Shown here: positions 11,601 through 26,486 of the stretch, piece by piece
Numbering within the stretch: position 1 is the first letter of the stretch
How the letters are laid out: every line of letters begins with the position of its first letter
NCBI RefSeq assembly: GCF_963921235.1
Contig: NC_086108.1
Span: 39,620,001-39,684,000, forward strand
DNA length: 64,000 nt
Reading direction: 5' to 3'
DNA from: Mobula hypostoma
Taxonomy: Eukaryota
Translations under genes and position numbers: made by a program
The notes under the pieces: model-generated
Database searches by the model: none
What the model saw: the letters and a program-made list of their open reading frames with translations, nothing else
What the model was told of the DNA's origin: nothing

Positions 11601-13496
11601 CACAACAAAGTACTGACACTCAACCTTGTTGCCCTTGTTTCTTTTCCTGATAATGCAGGCAGAAAGAAGTCCATGGAGAATGCTTGGGATTGGTCAACTG
11701 GGTTTAGGGTAAGGTTGTATTAACGCAAGTATATTACATTTGATTCTGCAAAAAAATGGGACGGAAAACACAATAATTGTTGAACTAATATAATTTCACA
11801 ACAGGCGGACATTCCAATCAAGGGAAGCAATTTCTTTTAATAACTATAAAGAGGATGTGATCATCATTGGCAAGATATATATTTATTGTCCAGCATTAGA
11901 TTACCTTGAAATAAGTAGCATTCAATGTCACTTCAGAATAGAAAAGGTGTGACTTGTGGGGCTGGAATCCACACAGGCTAGATAAGCACAGAGACACACT
12001 CACAGCATATTTTCTTCCCTGAAGGATAGAGTGGGGTTTCATCACAATCCCATTTCACAGTCCTTGTTCCTGAAGCTATTTGTAAAATTGAAAGATTCTT
12101 AATATGCCAACTCCTCCCTTTAGATCACTAATTCAAGCTTTTGAATACAAATGATGGAACTTGTATACTACTGTGCATTAAGAGGACACTATAGGTCTAT
12201 TATATGGGACTCGGGGTGTCTTGCTGACAAACAGTAATTAAATATGACGAAGGGATAAAATGGGGAGTCTCCTGACAAACAAGCTGAAAGCAGGAATTTG
12301 GCTTTAGCTATTACCATCAGCTATGTATCATCAGGCTGAAGAGATTTTGTTATAAATAATCAAAACTAATGTCCAAAACAGAGGAAATATAATACTAATA
12401 TGGCCTTTCTTCATCACTATTCTCAGAAATAGGATTTATTCCTTGTTTGTGAGGTATGCACAAATACAAGGCATTCTAAACAGACTTCGTTACTTCTCAG
12501 AATCATATCATTTTAGGATGTCCTTCCTTTAAGTAAATCCCTTTACTTGATTTTTAATGCACCCTCCTGAATATGTGAGAGAAACAACCCAACAGTTCTG
12601 GCCTTCAAGAACATAATAAAAAAAAAATAAACTGCCGATGTAAAATTCCAAATGCAAAGTTTTGCTTTCCCCACAAGTCCCCGGCAGCATGTAAGCTTGT
12701 GCAGCTGTCACTGTTAGCTGCAAAAAGATGCATGCACCCCTCCCCCATGGTGAAGGACAACCTTTCACACAACGAGCACGTGAGTGAAACATTTACGGGA
12801 CATATGCCAGTCAGAATGGGTAATGTGCAGACTATGCCTGGAGCTCTGGAAGCACCAGACAATCTGCAGCTCTTTAAGAGCTTGTTATTCCCATGCACAC
12901 GTTCATACTACTCTGTCCCCTCCCCCCGCAGGAAGGGGCCTTAGAACACAGTTAGAAGCTGGTGAGGATATTTTTCCATTCAACACGGCCATTAAACAGC
13001 CACGTGGGGCATTAATGCTTTAAGAAATCTCTCTGTGTTGCAGACCCTTTAGATCTCTCCGATACAGCAACCCACGCGTTGTCGTTGTAAAACTCAAAAT
13101 AAGGAAGTCTTCATTTTTAAGTTTAATGTGGGGAAACTTAACACAGTTATTAGGATCCTAAATTTTGCAAAGGTTAATTTGAGCAGGATGGGATGGAAAA
13201 CACTTTCAGGAAACTGGTCAAGACTTAATTGGGTAAAAGAACCCAGTGGACAGGTTCAAAATATAATTTAGTTAGATATTAATTTGATGTACTGCCCTAA
13301 GGGGACAGAGCCATACTGAAAACACCCGATCAATAAATGAAGTGAAATAGGGTATAACTTTTGTAAATAGTACACAAGAGTGCAAAATATAGTGTAGATT
13401 CAGCGGGTTGGGAGAGATAATATGTATCCAAAGGAAAAATAAAAGAGACAGCAAGAGCGACAAAAAAAACCCCACAAAAATAAACTCCTGAAGGCT

Positions 13497-14470
13497 ATCA
13501 TAGAATTATAGAGCACAGAGGTCCTTTCACTCAGTTCATCCATGCCGACCAAGATGCCTTCCTGGGATAGTCCCTTTGGCCTGCATTTGGCCCATTATCC
13601 CCTAAGTCTCTCCTATCCATGAAGGTCTTTTAAATATTGTCATCGTATTCCACCGCTCTGACAGCTTATTCCATATACCCACCACTCTCCATGTCAAAGA
13701 AGTTGCCTCTCAGGTCCCTTTTAAATTGTTCCCCTGTCATCTTAAACCTCCCTCTCATCTTAAATCTATGCACTCTACTTTTGGACCAAATCTACCCTGG
13801 GAAAGAGTCTGTGACCACTCACCTTATCTATCCTTCTGCTGGTTCATAAACCTCTGTAAGATCATCCCTCAGTATCCTTCAATCCAGCGAAAACAATTCC
13901 AGCTTATCCAATTTCTCTTTATAACTCAAGCAACAAGCCTGTTAACATTTTCTGCACTCTCTCTGGCTTAATCGCCCTCTTCCTATAGTATGGCAACTAG
14001 AACTGCACACACTATTCCAGGTCTCACCAATGTCTTGAACAGCTGTAACATGACAACCCAACATTGGCCTTCAATGAACGCAAGCATCCCATTGTCACTT
14101 TGTCTACCTGTGTCATCGTTTTCAGGGAGCTATGTGCTTGTACCCCTCAGTTTCTCTGTTCTGCCACTCACCAGGGTCCTGCCAGTTACAATGTAGTTTA
14201 ATTTCCCAAAGTGCAACACATTTCTCTGAGTTAAATTCCCTGTGCCATTCCTTTGCCTACTTTCCCAGTTGATTCACATCCTGTTGTAACCTTAGACAAT
14301 CTTTTTCATTGTCCACCCCCACACCAATTTTAGTGTGGTGGTGAGGTGGACAGTGAAATTTACTACTACATGCTCATCTAAATCATGCATAGAAATGGCA
14401 AACAACAGGGGACTGAGTACTGATCCCTACCGCACGGCACTGGTCACTGGCCTCCAATTCAAAAAACAGA
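13497..14470 (-). mobile_element. Degenerate CR1 LINE 3' region
   Basis: Reverse complement resembles the 3' RT/UTR part of the CR1 at 26487-28696. Confidence 0.7.
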
Positions 14471-17400
14471 CCTCAGAGTGCTGGGGCTGGCTGAAAGAGG
14501 GTGGTAAAGGTGATGGAAGTCCTGAAGGTGTGAATGGAAGAGAAGTAGATCAGGAAGACAAATTAAGTATCTTGTACCAAAAGAGAAAATTCACTTTTTC
14601 TTTCTTTCCTCTTTTGTTAACTCTATTTTTATCCAAGCCCCACTACTGTCATTCCACCTCTCCTCATTTCTTTCCTTTCACAAACTTTCTTCCTGCCCAT
14701 TCCAGTTTCTCTGCAGCATTTAACTTGCATCATTCACCTTACAAGTTCATGCCATTTCTCATTCCAGCAGGGACTGCCTGATTTGCAGCGTAATTGCTTT
14801 GCAGTTTTCTCTGTGGAGGAAGAAGTTAGCATCATGAGTATTCCAGGAAAATGAAGGGTGGGCTCAGATTTTACTGCATGGAGCCCACTACCTGAACCGA
14901 CCATGTGGGTCTCCCACTGGTCCCCACCTAATTCAGATTCATGCAGTTGGATTCATTGGTCAAGAGTGTTCTGGACTCTAGACCTGCTCAAGGAGGCTCA
15001 AGTAATAAAACATGTCTGTGAACTTACCAGGAAAACCCCAGAGGTTAAAAGAAAACAGGCCTGCAGTTTAGCCATCTGGTAATACCTCTGACGGTTCCTG
15101 ATATTTAACACTTTTAAATAATTAAAGACGTTACTTGAAACGAATAATTCAAAACATCAATTTGCTTCTCCTTGCATTTCTTCCTGATGGATGTAGAATC
15201 TTCATTTGAATCAATGAGTTTTGGAAGGGTCAACACACTCCTCCCAAAAACTGTTGATGTTCAGTCAATTTGTAATATTGGGATTGAGAGATTGAGATTA
15301 ATGTTTTCCTTTGCCAGTCATATTTATGGAATTTAGACGCAGTTACCCAAATGGTAGCGCATGCTTATGGGTATAAATAGTTTACTTCTGTTTCAAATAT
15401 GAGCTTAAATTCATCATTAAATTGGTTTTAATATTCCCCTCTTTAACCTCATCCAGTGTTTCATGCTCTGACATCTTCATTTTCCTTGACTTTTACTCTT
15501 TGCTAATTTTTATCCCTCCACATTGGTTTCCATGCCTACAATTAGTTTGGTTTTAAACTCCGGAACTCCAATATTAGACTTCTCCCTGCTCTCTCCTTTT
15601 AGAAACTCGATAAAATGGCAGAATATCTTCCAGGTTGTGTTCAGACCTAAGTGGCTCGTAGTCTGATTTTGTTTGAGAACAATCCAGTGAAGAGTTTGGG
15701 ACATTTTCGAACTGAGGTAAATGGAAGTTATTACTGTTTTGCTCAGAAAATTATAGCCTTTATTAGACTCTCTGGAAATTTATCCACTATTGTACAATCA
15801 AGTAGTGTAAAAAGAATTCTATTTTGGCGTTATAAATATTGAGGCTTGATATTACTATCAAAAATAACGGACCAGTAAAAAGACCAAGTGTTTTAACAAG
15901 ATGGTTTCAGTTGTAATGATTATCAAGCGGCGTATCTATGATTTGTTGATCTAGACAAAAAAAATCCATCGGAATACATATTATAGATAATGCCACATTC
16001 ATGTTTGTTTAATAACTGAATTGAAACCATGCCATGCTACTGAGCTAACTCACAATTAGATTCATTAAAATAAACAACAGTCACCTTGGCTTGCCAACAG
16101 ATTTATTTCTTGCTGCACCAAATGTTGTTTTATCATCGATAAGAACTTATCCTGCAACAAAGTTTGTCAATGGGAAATTCTCAAGAAACTTTTAAACATA
16201 GAGCCGAATTTCCTAATGCCAGATTGAAATTTGGAATAACTAGCATCCTTTAAAAAGTTAAATTGTATAATTAATGGAGAAAAGTGATCTCTTAGTTATT
16301 TTGTGCCACTTAACTCAAAATGAATACATGAGCATGGCCGCACAATTCCACACTGTTTCTCCAGTCATGAATTGACTGGATACATAAGGATAGCAGGTTC
16401 TGAATTCACTTAGCACCCATATGAACCTGATCGCTCTACTGAATGTTCCAGGTCAGACATAGCAAGCCAGTAGTTACATGTTACACTACAAAACATTAAC
16501 CAGGAGGACTGCATCCAGGATGTAAAATCATGAGCTTCATTAAACTAATTATTATTATCTGCACGCTGAAAAAACATATAGCTCCTCAGGAATGGAAAAT
16601 AATAATCACAGTACAAACAAATGACAGGATAGAAGCTGGTATACAATACTGCAAAATTAATACAGGACAATGAATGCAATCTTTAATTTAATTTCCAATA
16701 TACAACAGAGGAAATCATCTGTGTGACTATCAGATAACTGTCTCGCATATTTTGTAATATTGGCTGCTTTGGCCCACTGACTCTGCACCAACCTTAACCT
16801 ATTTGAATTAATCCTATACTAATTCCATGATATTTTCCCCGCATTTCCTTGAAATCTGCACCCTCTCCCCCTCCCCGATCCAACCATTTACCCCCATATT
16901 AGGCCGATTTATAACGTGAATGGGATATGGCAGAAAACTAAAGTGCCAAAGAGAAACCCAAGTAGTCACAGGGTCTTGGGTTCAGCAGCCTACTAGGCGT
17001 GCCATCTTACTTCAAAAATTTTCACTATTTGGAAATGTATAATGAGTGCTAGGAAAATAAAAAATGGTGAATCCTGAGAGAATATCTCATTTCTTCATGA
17101 CCTGAAATGCACAGTCTAAGTTTTATATTTACACTAACACTTGAACTTCCATTAACTACTTATAAGTGTGGCTAACCTACAGGCAATCTGCTGTTTATAA
17201 GTATTAGACGACAACAAAAAAAAATGGCCCATATTTCCTTTGGTTTAAAAATGACAATATTGCTCATCTGGATGTCCCAGCAAAACCATCCACTGTATAA
17301 GCGGATTGTAAATCTGAAATACGTTGAAATAGGTACAACATAGTATTGTGCAACAATACAGCTCGAGATGTATTTGGTGTTTGGATTGAAAATTGATTGC

Positions 17401-18489
17401 GACAATGAACTGACATTAAATTTCTTGTCAGTATTGTAGACACAGCAACTGTAGCATCCATAATGTTCAGAAATTCCAAAGCAAATACCAATTATCTTAA
17501 ACAACTTAAAAAAAATAAGGCAAATGAAGAAGCCTAGTTAATAATTTTGAAAAACAGACCTCACCAGTGCATTTTGCATCAGGTTGCCATAGAATATATA
17601 TATCTCCAGTATATATTTTAAGATATTTTTCCTGATGAATTCTTGATTAAGAACTATTCCAATTTATTTTGGGATTTGTATATTACAGGGAAAATTGGAT
17701 GCATTCCTTTTTTTCAAATAACTATTCTTAGTTATAAGGCTTAGTTATATTAAATACTTTTATGTTACAGTGTGCATCTCTCTCAGCTGCCTCTCTGATG
17801 CTTGGTGAATCCGATTCCCATTCGCCCTCTTCACTTTCCCCACTTGAAACCTCATCTCTTTAAGAAATCCCTTCCCAATCACTGAAACAATGAAATTCAT
17901 TCCAATGCCTATTGTTCTCCTGTTCCGAGTCAGCTGTCAGACCAATATTATTGTCCAGGTTTGTTCTCACAGTCATTCAAACTACACCCATTCCTCACTG
18001 GGCAAATAGCGTGGCAGTGAAAAGCTAAAGGTACTGTAAATTCTCCAAGAGATTTAGATTAAGTAAAGAGAAAAATCAAACTCTTCTTTTTTGATATATA
18101 TGCCTTCACAGCCATGTGCATTCCTCTTCTGTTCCTTCTGAACTCTCTGAGGGAGGTTAAAATTCTTACAATTTCCATGTCAGGATCTAGTTTCCTGCCT
18201 TTATCAATACTGGAAAGCTTCTCGTAGCTGCCAAGTTTTTCATTGTCTTCAGTGTGTATTAACTTTGTATAATTTGGAAAATGGCTAATACAAAAGTTGC
18301 AGTATGAAGGGAATGTGTCTAAATTTTATTTTCATGCATTAACTTGTGTGATTCAAATAACTAAACATTTTATTTGAATTAGCAATGACAATTCTGCAGT
18401 TAATACATTTTTAAGTATTTTGCTGGAATATAAATGCAATGCTATCGGTCCGGCATTAGTTCCTTCAGGTTGTTAAGGTGTATAGAGAG

Positions 18490-19250
18490 GGTAATCTCCC
18501 TCTACCTATTAAATGCTCCCAATGGCATGCACCTCAGGTAACTTCTGTCAACCAAGTCTGGTTCCTGGTCTTCATATGTGACTTAGCTACTGAGCCCACG
18601 GAACCATATCTACTCACAAAATAATCTGCAGATGCTGGGGTCAAAGCAACACTCACAACACGCTGGAGGAACTCAGCAGGTCGGGCAGCATCCGTGGAAA
18701 TGATCAGTCAACGTTTCAGGCCGGAACCTGACGAAGGGTTCTGGCCCGAAGCATTGATTGATCGTTTCCACGGATGCTGCCCGACTTGCTGAGTTCCTCC
18801 AGCATGTTGTGAGTGAACCATAGCTACTGATAGGATAAGGGGCAAAGGTGGGTAACTGGCGCCATAAAACCAGTCCCTTTGGGCAGATAGAGCTCATAGA
18901 TTGTGGTTGGCAGCTTACCTAGGAGAAGAAAAGCTGATCTCAAACCTCCACTGCCTTGCAGCTATACCCACTCATGGGGAAGGCTTTAGGAGTAAACCCT
19001 GAAGAAAAATCCAGAGCTGGAGTCACTAAGACAGTTCTACATTGAGTTTAATACTGACTAGCAACTCCTGCAACGCCACTGGTGCCAAACTGTATCGGTC
19101 TCTGCCGTTCCTTTGGATTCATCAGCTGCTTGGAGAGGGGGAGCCTGCTGTATGGGCAACAGCTCTCTCTATATCATACTGCCCTGACTTGTGGATCAAG
19201 TTGATACCTGGGACGTAACATCTATGCTAAACCCCGGCCAGTGGAGGGCC
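18490..19250 (+). repeat. Interspersed repeat (unclassified, LINE-UTR-like); second copy at ~29075-29620 in opposite orientation
   Basis: gcaactcctgcaacgccactggtgccaaa (~19061) is the reverse complement of tttggcaccattggcgttgcaggagttgc (~29288). Interrupted by the hairpin insert at 18615-18814. Confidence 0.7.
18615..18814. mobile_element. 200-bp palindromic Penelope-derived non-autonomous element with hammerhead-like core
   Basis: ~77-bp inverted arms at 18651-18727 and 18737-18814, CTGACGA at 18728-18734, 14-bp TSD gaaccata(t/g)ctact at 18601-18614 and 18815-18828. Confidence 0.85.
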
Positions 19251-19454
19251 TCAAACCTCAACAGATCAGGCATTTTTATGGAAATTGCCTCATGTTCTTT
19301 TCCACTGGAATCAGCACGCAGTGGAATAGTTAGGTTGGGGGACATAGGTGAAGTTTTTGTTCATGGATGAGCTGACACAGGAATCAGAATCAGAAGAAGG
19401 GAAGAGGTTGATAGTAGTTTAGAGTTAAAAAGACTGCAAGCGAGAAAAAATAAG

Positions 19455-20323
19455 GTCAGAAATTGGTGGAGGGGCAGATAGCATTGAGGAAACAGGTCTG
19501 CTGCAGAAGGACTTAGATTTGGAGAATGGGCAAGAGAGTGGCAAATGAAATACAATGTTGGAAAATGCATGGTCATGCACTTTGGTTAGAGAAATAAATA
19601 TGCAGACTATTTTCTAAACGGGGAGAAAATCCAAAAATCTGAGATGCAAAGAGACTTGGGAGTCCTTGTTCAGGTGGTGAGAAAGGCAAATGCAAAGTTA
19701 GCATTCAATTCAAGAGGTCTAGAATACAAGAGCAGGGATGTGAAGCCGAGGCTTTATAAGGCACTAGTGAGGCCTCACTTTGAATATTGTGAGTAGTTCT
19801 GGGCTCCTCATCTAAGAAAAGATGTACTGGCATTGATAAGGGTTCAGAGGAGGTTCACAAGGATGATTCCGGGAATGAAAGGATTATCCTATCAGGAACA
19901 TTCGATAGCTCTGGGTCTGTATTCACTGGAATTTAGAAGGGTGAGGGAGGATCTCATTGAAACCTTTCGAATGTTGAAAATCCTAGACAGAATAGGTGTG
20001 GAAAGGATATTTCCCATGGTGGGGGAAGTCTGGGACAAGGGGGTACAGACTCAGGATAGAGCGATGTCCATTTGAAACAGAGATATGGAGAAATTTCTTT
20101 AGCCAGAGGGTGGTGAATTTGTGGAATTTATTACCACGGACAGCTGTGGAGGCCAGGTCGTTGGGTGTACTTAAGGCAGAGCTTGAAAGGTTCTTGATTA
20201 GACACGGCATCAAAGATTATGGGGTGAAGGCTGGGGATTGGAGCTGAGGAGGGAAGAAAGGATCAACCACGATTGAATGGCGGAGCAGACTTGATGGGCC
20301 AAATGGCCTAATTCTACTCCTAT
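19455..20323 (+). mobile_element. CR1 LINE 3' fragment
   Basis: RVQRRFTRMIPGMKGLSY...LGLYSLEFRR, FFSQRVVNLWNLLP, CR1-type 3' UTR. Confidence 0.85.
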
Positions 20324-22614
20324 GTCAAAAAAAATGAAGTTCAAGGTCAAAAATCATACTGAGGTTACAAATTGTATGTTTCAGGCTAAGACAGTGTCAA
20401 GAGAAAGTTTACAAATTGGTAAAGCAAGGGGAATGGAACTGGTGCTGGTAAAAAGTTTACAGAGCTTGTCGTCATTTTGTTGGAACCTGGCCTCTTGTAA
20501 CATGACCCCATTCATACAACTTTAGTAATTGATTATTTTAGACAACAAGCATTAGGTAAACAAATGCAAGATATTCATGAAGCTGGAAATCTAAAATAAA
20601 GACAGAAACTGCCAGAGGTGCTCACTGTGTAAAGGCAACATTTGTAGAGAGAAAAATTATTTCCAGTCGATCTCTATTCATCACAAATTGCATCAAAATT
20701 GAGAATAACTTCATTTTTAAATGTAAGTGTTTGTTTCATACAAAACCAGTAAAACAAATCTGAGGAACAATATTGAAAGTTTGGTATATAGGTTCCAAAG
20801 AAAATCAGCCACTGATTGTTGGTACTTGTCAAGCAGTATTCAAAAAGTTGATTAAGGCATAATTAGTTGGTTATAATTCGATTATTTCTACAGTGTTGTA
20901 GTGTTGTAACAACTTTTGAGTGTGTTTATGAAATAATATATAATTCTCAATAGTAAGAAAATTACTGTTGTCTCGTGGCATTTGAAAAAGCAATGACATT
21001 TGCATTTGGATAACCAATGAAATGAGGGTGCTAATTATTTCTGCACCAGGATAAAGATGAATTGTTTCAGGACTTAAATGATGTGGTATCTTTCCAAATG
21101 CACAGTTGACCATAATTATCACTTTGATTTGTGTACAATGGGTAATTTGCATTGCGTTTAATTTCCTTCCTTTGCATACAGAATCAGTTTCAAAAGGGCA
21201 ATGAAGCCCAATTCATTGAATTCCACCTCCCCCCCCCTCCACACACACCCATCAAATGCCAGTGAACCTTAAGCTAGTTATAAAGCTCACGCATTTCCCT
21301 TTCCACTTTAACTACTGAGGCTAGAGCAATCACTTTCAGGCATCATTATTTTGCCCCTATAAAAATTGTGCATGTTAATATATTTGAAATATTTAACATG
21401 AGAAGATGGTGCACTGATTAACTGAGTGCACTTTGAAGCCCTTGATGGCAAAGCAATTAGTCAGACAAGGAGGAATGAGGCCTGGATTTTCACTCGACTT
21501 ATGCTGCCCTCGTCACCCCATGTATCTGGAGTGAAAAGCACAGGAGACAAAAGCAGCTGACTCTTCACTTGCCCTCTCCACTTGCCCTCTCCACTTCCAG
21601 ATATCTTGCTGGCAACAGACAATTACCCTGCTTTAAAATATTAAAATATGTAGTGTGGAGTACCTGGATTTGATGTAAAATTGGAAGGGGTGCCTGTCAT
21701 GCATGAACTGGAGCTAATAAAAATTTAAATTGTCCAAACTTGGAAGTGATTAATTGTATAAGATGCTGATATTAAACTGCAAAGTTATTTTTGTCAAACT
21801 TGTGCTGACATGGTCATAGCCATTCCAGGTTGAATTCCTTAACAAGAGCAGACAGAATAGCAGATTTATGCAAGCAATTTTACTACTTGGAATGTGGTCC
21901 AGGTCCATGATCATTGTTTTGTGGTGAGAGGAAGATGCATGATGTTGCAGAAACACCAGACAATTAATATTGTGCGGTATCTGGTTATGTTGTGATTAGT
22001 TTGAAACATAATTTAACAAAATTTTGTTAATCTTTCATTTCCTGACCAGACCAGGCTTAGATTGCAAATTCTTATTTTTCTTCTTTAAAGGTGCTATATA
22101 AATGGAGATTGTTGTTCTTTCTGTTACGTAACATCTGAACATCTGTCTAATCTGTCCACTGCAAAAAGTTAATGATAACTTATTTTTAACTTTAAAGTAC
22201 TGTGGTTGGATCTGGAATTTTCTTTGTATCTTCAGCTTATTAAAAAAAAACAATAACTGAGCTATGAAATATTTTTAATTTTCCAGAATACTTTATCAGG
22301 ATTTTAACTTTAATTCATTGTAAATGCAAACATTCTGTCGATAATTTACAGATTATTGCAAATTTTTGTAGCACTATAATTAAGCAACTTGTATGCACAC
22401 ATGCTGCATACATGAATGTCGAGAATTAATCTCACAAACGTGCATTCCATATTTGCAGACAATGATTTGCAGTTGTGTTTTTTGAAGTGCAAGTCCCACC
22501 ACTTCTCATTTTCTTGGCTTCATTATTATAAAACCTATTCACTTGCAATAAGGCATATTAACATCTAGTCCTACATAACATACCATGTCACTAATTGAAG
22601 GGATGTGATATACA

Positions 22615-23030
22615 AGAATGCAAGAACACAAGAAAACATGGGTCAGCCACCTAGCCTATCAATCCTACCCCATCATTCAATAAGATTGTGGCTGATCTGA
22701 CCCAGGCCTCAACTCCTCCTTTGTGTCAGTTCCCCTAGTCCTTAATTCCTCTCTGCAAACCATCTTCTCACCTCTTTTAATATTTTCCAGTGGTCAAGCC
22801 TCCACATGCTCTGGGATGCAGCCTTCCAGAGATTTGTCACCTTCTAAGATGAGAAATTGTGATGCATCTTTTTTTTTAAATCACCATTTACTTACTTTGC
22901 AATTATGTCATTGTTCAAGACTCTGTCGTGTGCAAACATTTCAACATCTACTTTATCATGCCCTCTTAGAATCACAGGTTTCAATAAAATCGCTCTTTGT
23001 TCTTCTGAACTTGAACGGCTAAAATAAAAA
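22615..23030 (-). mobile_element. Degenerate CR1 3' end
   Basis: Reverse-complement similarity to the CR1 3' end at ~20100-20320. Confidence 0.5.
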
Positions 23031-23784
23031 ATATTCAGTGCTTGTTGTACTCTAACATTGTCTAAACCTTTTATTGCTGTTGTACCATAGGTAATGGGTG
23101 GTCTTTCAAACTTTGTCCACTTAAGAACAAATATATTGGCTATAAAAGCTTGAAGGGACTGGATTTCAGGAGAAAATGGCCGATCCCAGAAATAAACTTT
23201 AGGAAGAAGTAATGGATATGCCAAGTGAAAGAGGACAGTAGGAAGAAATGCTACATTCTCTATCCTATGAATATAAGATTCTGACCCAATGTGCCACTAC
23301 TTTATCCTGTCAGTCACCTTATGTACAGACTCCTGTGCCTAACATCACTTTATGGACATACAATCAATCTATGTATATAAGCTGTCTTATATATTCATAT
23401 TTTTTGTTTTTTAAATTATTGTGTTCTTTATTCTATTGTGTATTTGAGCTGCATCGGATCTGGAGTAACAATTATACTGGAAATGACATCTTGGAAAAAA
23501 CAATCTTGAATTTCATAAGACATGATGCACAGAAGCAGACAATCATCCCAAACAGTCCAAGACAGAAGTTATAGAACACGTGGTCTGTCTCCTCCTCATC
23601 CTGATGTATAATCCATGCAATCCTTGTCCCTTCTCCTTCATGTGCATGTCCAACCTTGCCTCAAATTCTTCTAAACTATTTGCTTTAATCATTAACTCCC
23701 AATAATAGGAAGTTCAACATTTTCACCCCTCGGTGAAATGAAATTCTGAATTCCTGACGGGATTTCTTGCCGCTTGATGACTTT

Positions 23785-24115
23785 AGGGACATGGTGGTGC
23801 AGTTAGTAAAGCTGCTGCCTCACAGTTCAATCCTGACCCAGGGAGATGTTTGTGGAGTTTGTACTTTGTCCCTGTAACCAAGAGGGTTTTTCCCTGAGGC
23901 TCCCAATGATGTGTAGGCTAGTAGATCAATAGGCCTCTGGAAATTATTCCAAGTGTCAGGTAAGGGGTGGATTATGGGAAGAATTGATGAGTATTTGAGA
24001 AAGTAATAAAAATAATATTTACATCAGTTTGTTTTAAATGAGTACTGTAGTTGATAGACAACACAGACATGATCGGCTGAAGGGCTTGTTCCTGTTTCCA
24101 CGCTGCACTCCTGGA
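23785..24115 (+). mobile_element. tRNA-derived SINE (degenerate)
   Basis: tggtgcagttagt A-box-like, gttcaatcc B-box-like, tgtggagtttgtac core, CR1-like tail. Confidence 0.65.
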
Positions 24116-26486
24116 CGACTCCATGACTCCTTTGCATTGACTGCCTGTTGTTATGATATTTTCCACAATGGAAACATTTAACCTGAATCAAACCCTCCAT
24201 AATTTAAAATAATTTTCAATCTGGACATCCTTGAAGGCTGAAGGATGTATAGATCTTTTCTTGAATATGCTTAGCTTTTCTGAAGCGTATAGCTTTGCAC
24301 CTCTCCTATTACCCTTCCACTTCCTGCCACTTCTTCACTGGCTCCATCTTTTCCAAATGACAGAGTAAATGGAACTGTAGGCATTGCTCTAAGATGGCAA
24401 GATCAAGGTTTGATGCAGGTGCAACATACGTTCTGCACTTTCCAATTCTACCCCTCACAATGTTGCACCATAGATTGCTGTAACAACAAGAAACCACAAA
24501 CAAGTGCTTACTTTCTTTTTAGCTTGTGGTCTATGGTGCAACTTTTAGTGATTGGTGTGTTTGCACTCTGAGATCCCTCCATTCTTCTCTCACATCTCTC
24601 ATATGTCAGGTGACTTCTCTATTAGAGCCAGCCCTGAAATGGGCCCTTTAATCCAATGACTCCACACCACCTGAAACACGCCCATTTTACACCCAGTCCC
24701 ATGTTATTCACCCCATGTTCTCACAGCCCATCAGAATGGTTGATAGGGATATTGGAATTAAAAATAAATTAGGAGAGCTCAAAAAGTAGTTTATTGGGCT
24801 GGTCACACAGAAGCCCATTTTACAATGGTATGGGGCAACTGTTTTGAACTGAACAGTGAAGAAATGGCTCACTGCATACCAAAAAAGTCTGGGGAGATGA
24901 AGGCATGTGATTCATTACATTTACTGTACACAATGTGTGACCTATCATGAGGAAAACAAAGAAACAACAGCTCAAATGGAATCTCTAATGGAAAGTTTGC
25001 CAAAAACTCTACAAAGTACAACCCATTTACTCCAGCGATAAGCATTGGCAGGGTCACTTAAGCATAACTTTGTTTGAACTGTTCTGACAGAAACTGAAGT
25101 CTCATTTGATATAATTACCGTCGTCGATGTTGAATCTCTTGATGCTGCTTCAGTTATTTTCTCCATAGGCAAGCACTGTATCTTCCCTGTTGTCGACAAT
25201 TCAGAAAAGTTTGTGCAATGAACAGTTCAGTACAAAATGGCTAAACAGTAAAGGCCACACATTTTTAGCTCTGAAGTCTTGTTTAGTTTGTAACTGACTA
25301 AATCTAATGACAAATATGACAATCTGAGGATCTGACTCTAGTGACAAGTATCTCCTTCTCATCCTTCATTCACTCAAGGCTTAAAATTGGGTCATGTAAG
25401 GTGGTTTATTACAACAGTATTGTACATTCAGAAATCATTATTTAGTAGTACAAAGTACAATAACAAATATTTCTGGGTCATTTTGTGATACTTTGGAAAT
25501 CAAATTTGTCTTTGTCTGACATGAGTTTCACATGAGCATCAGATGTGATTTCAATATCAAATGCACATCAAATTCCATCTACCTCCTTGCAACTTTCCGC
25601 TTGGAGCCTGGTTCACAAAATTATTCCGGCTTGTCTTTTGCCACTAATGGAAGTAAATATTTCCAAGATGCAACGCCATACCAAGATCCCACAAAGATAT
25701 ATATTTATTCCTATTTTTGTTTACCCTTGCAATGCAAAAATCTCTGTGTGTTGTTTCCAATTTTAACATGTAATTGCATGTGTTTCCAGCAGATGGAACC
25801 TCATCATGGAGATGGTAAGCTTATTTTGGTGAACTTCAAGCAGATTAACAAATTAGTAAACGTTTCTAGAAGGTATAAAGGAAGGCAGAGCAATTTAATG
25901 AAATGGGGTATTTCTATACAGTACAATTACATCTAATTCCTACACAGATGATTGAATTCTTTTGCAAAGGGAATTGCTGGAACATGGAGAAGTGGAATAG
26001 CACCTTTCCTCACTGTTGTTGAGGCTTCCATTGCTATTGTTTTCAGCATTACCCACTTACTTATTTTTTTAAAATCCAAATAGCAGCCATGGTTTTACTT
26101 CCTTCAAGATGATATTAGTTCTTTCCCCTCTTCATGAGGACTATAGAGAGTGTGTGCAGGGGCTTGGGCAGGCTGCTGACTTTCACTGTAGTGATGCCTT
26201 CTGTGCTTCCCATCATGTCTTGGGCAATCTGCGTTCTATTTAGGACCTCACACTGAACAAAAATTAAGAAATGACAAATATGGAGCACGTTCCAAATAAT
26301 CCGCGTACAATTGCGTTCTATAGCTAGTCTGCATTTGTAGTCGAGTGCAACCGCCATGCACAGCCTGAAGACAGGTCCCACAGATTTCGTGCACTCTTTG
26401 CAATGTAACTAAAGATCAAATTGCCTTTAAAATGTTCAAGGCATTCTGAAAGTTATTTGAAAGATGCTGCATTAATGCACAATTTA

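Noticed and set aside
11659..11708. Possible 50-nt plus-strand exon (ttttcctgataatgcag ... gtaagg)
   Set aside because: Splice-like signals only; no recognisable peptide in any frame.
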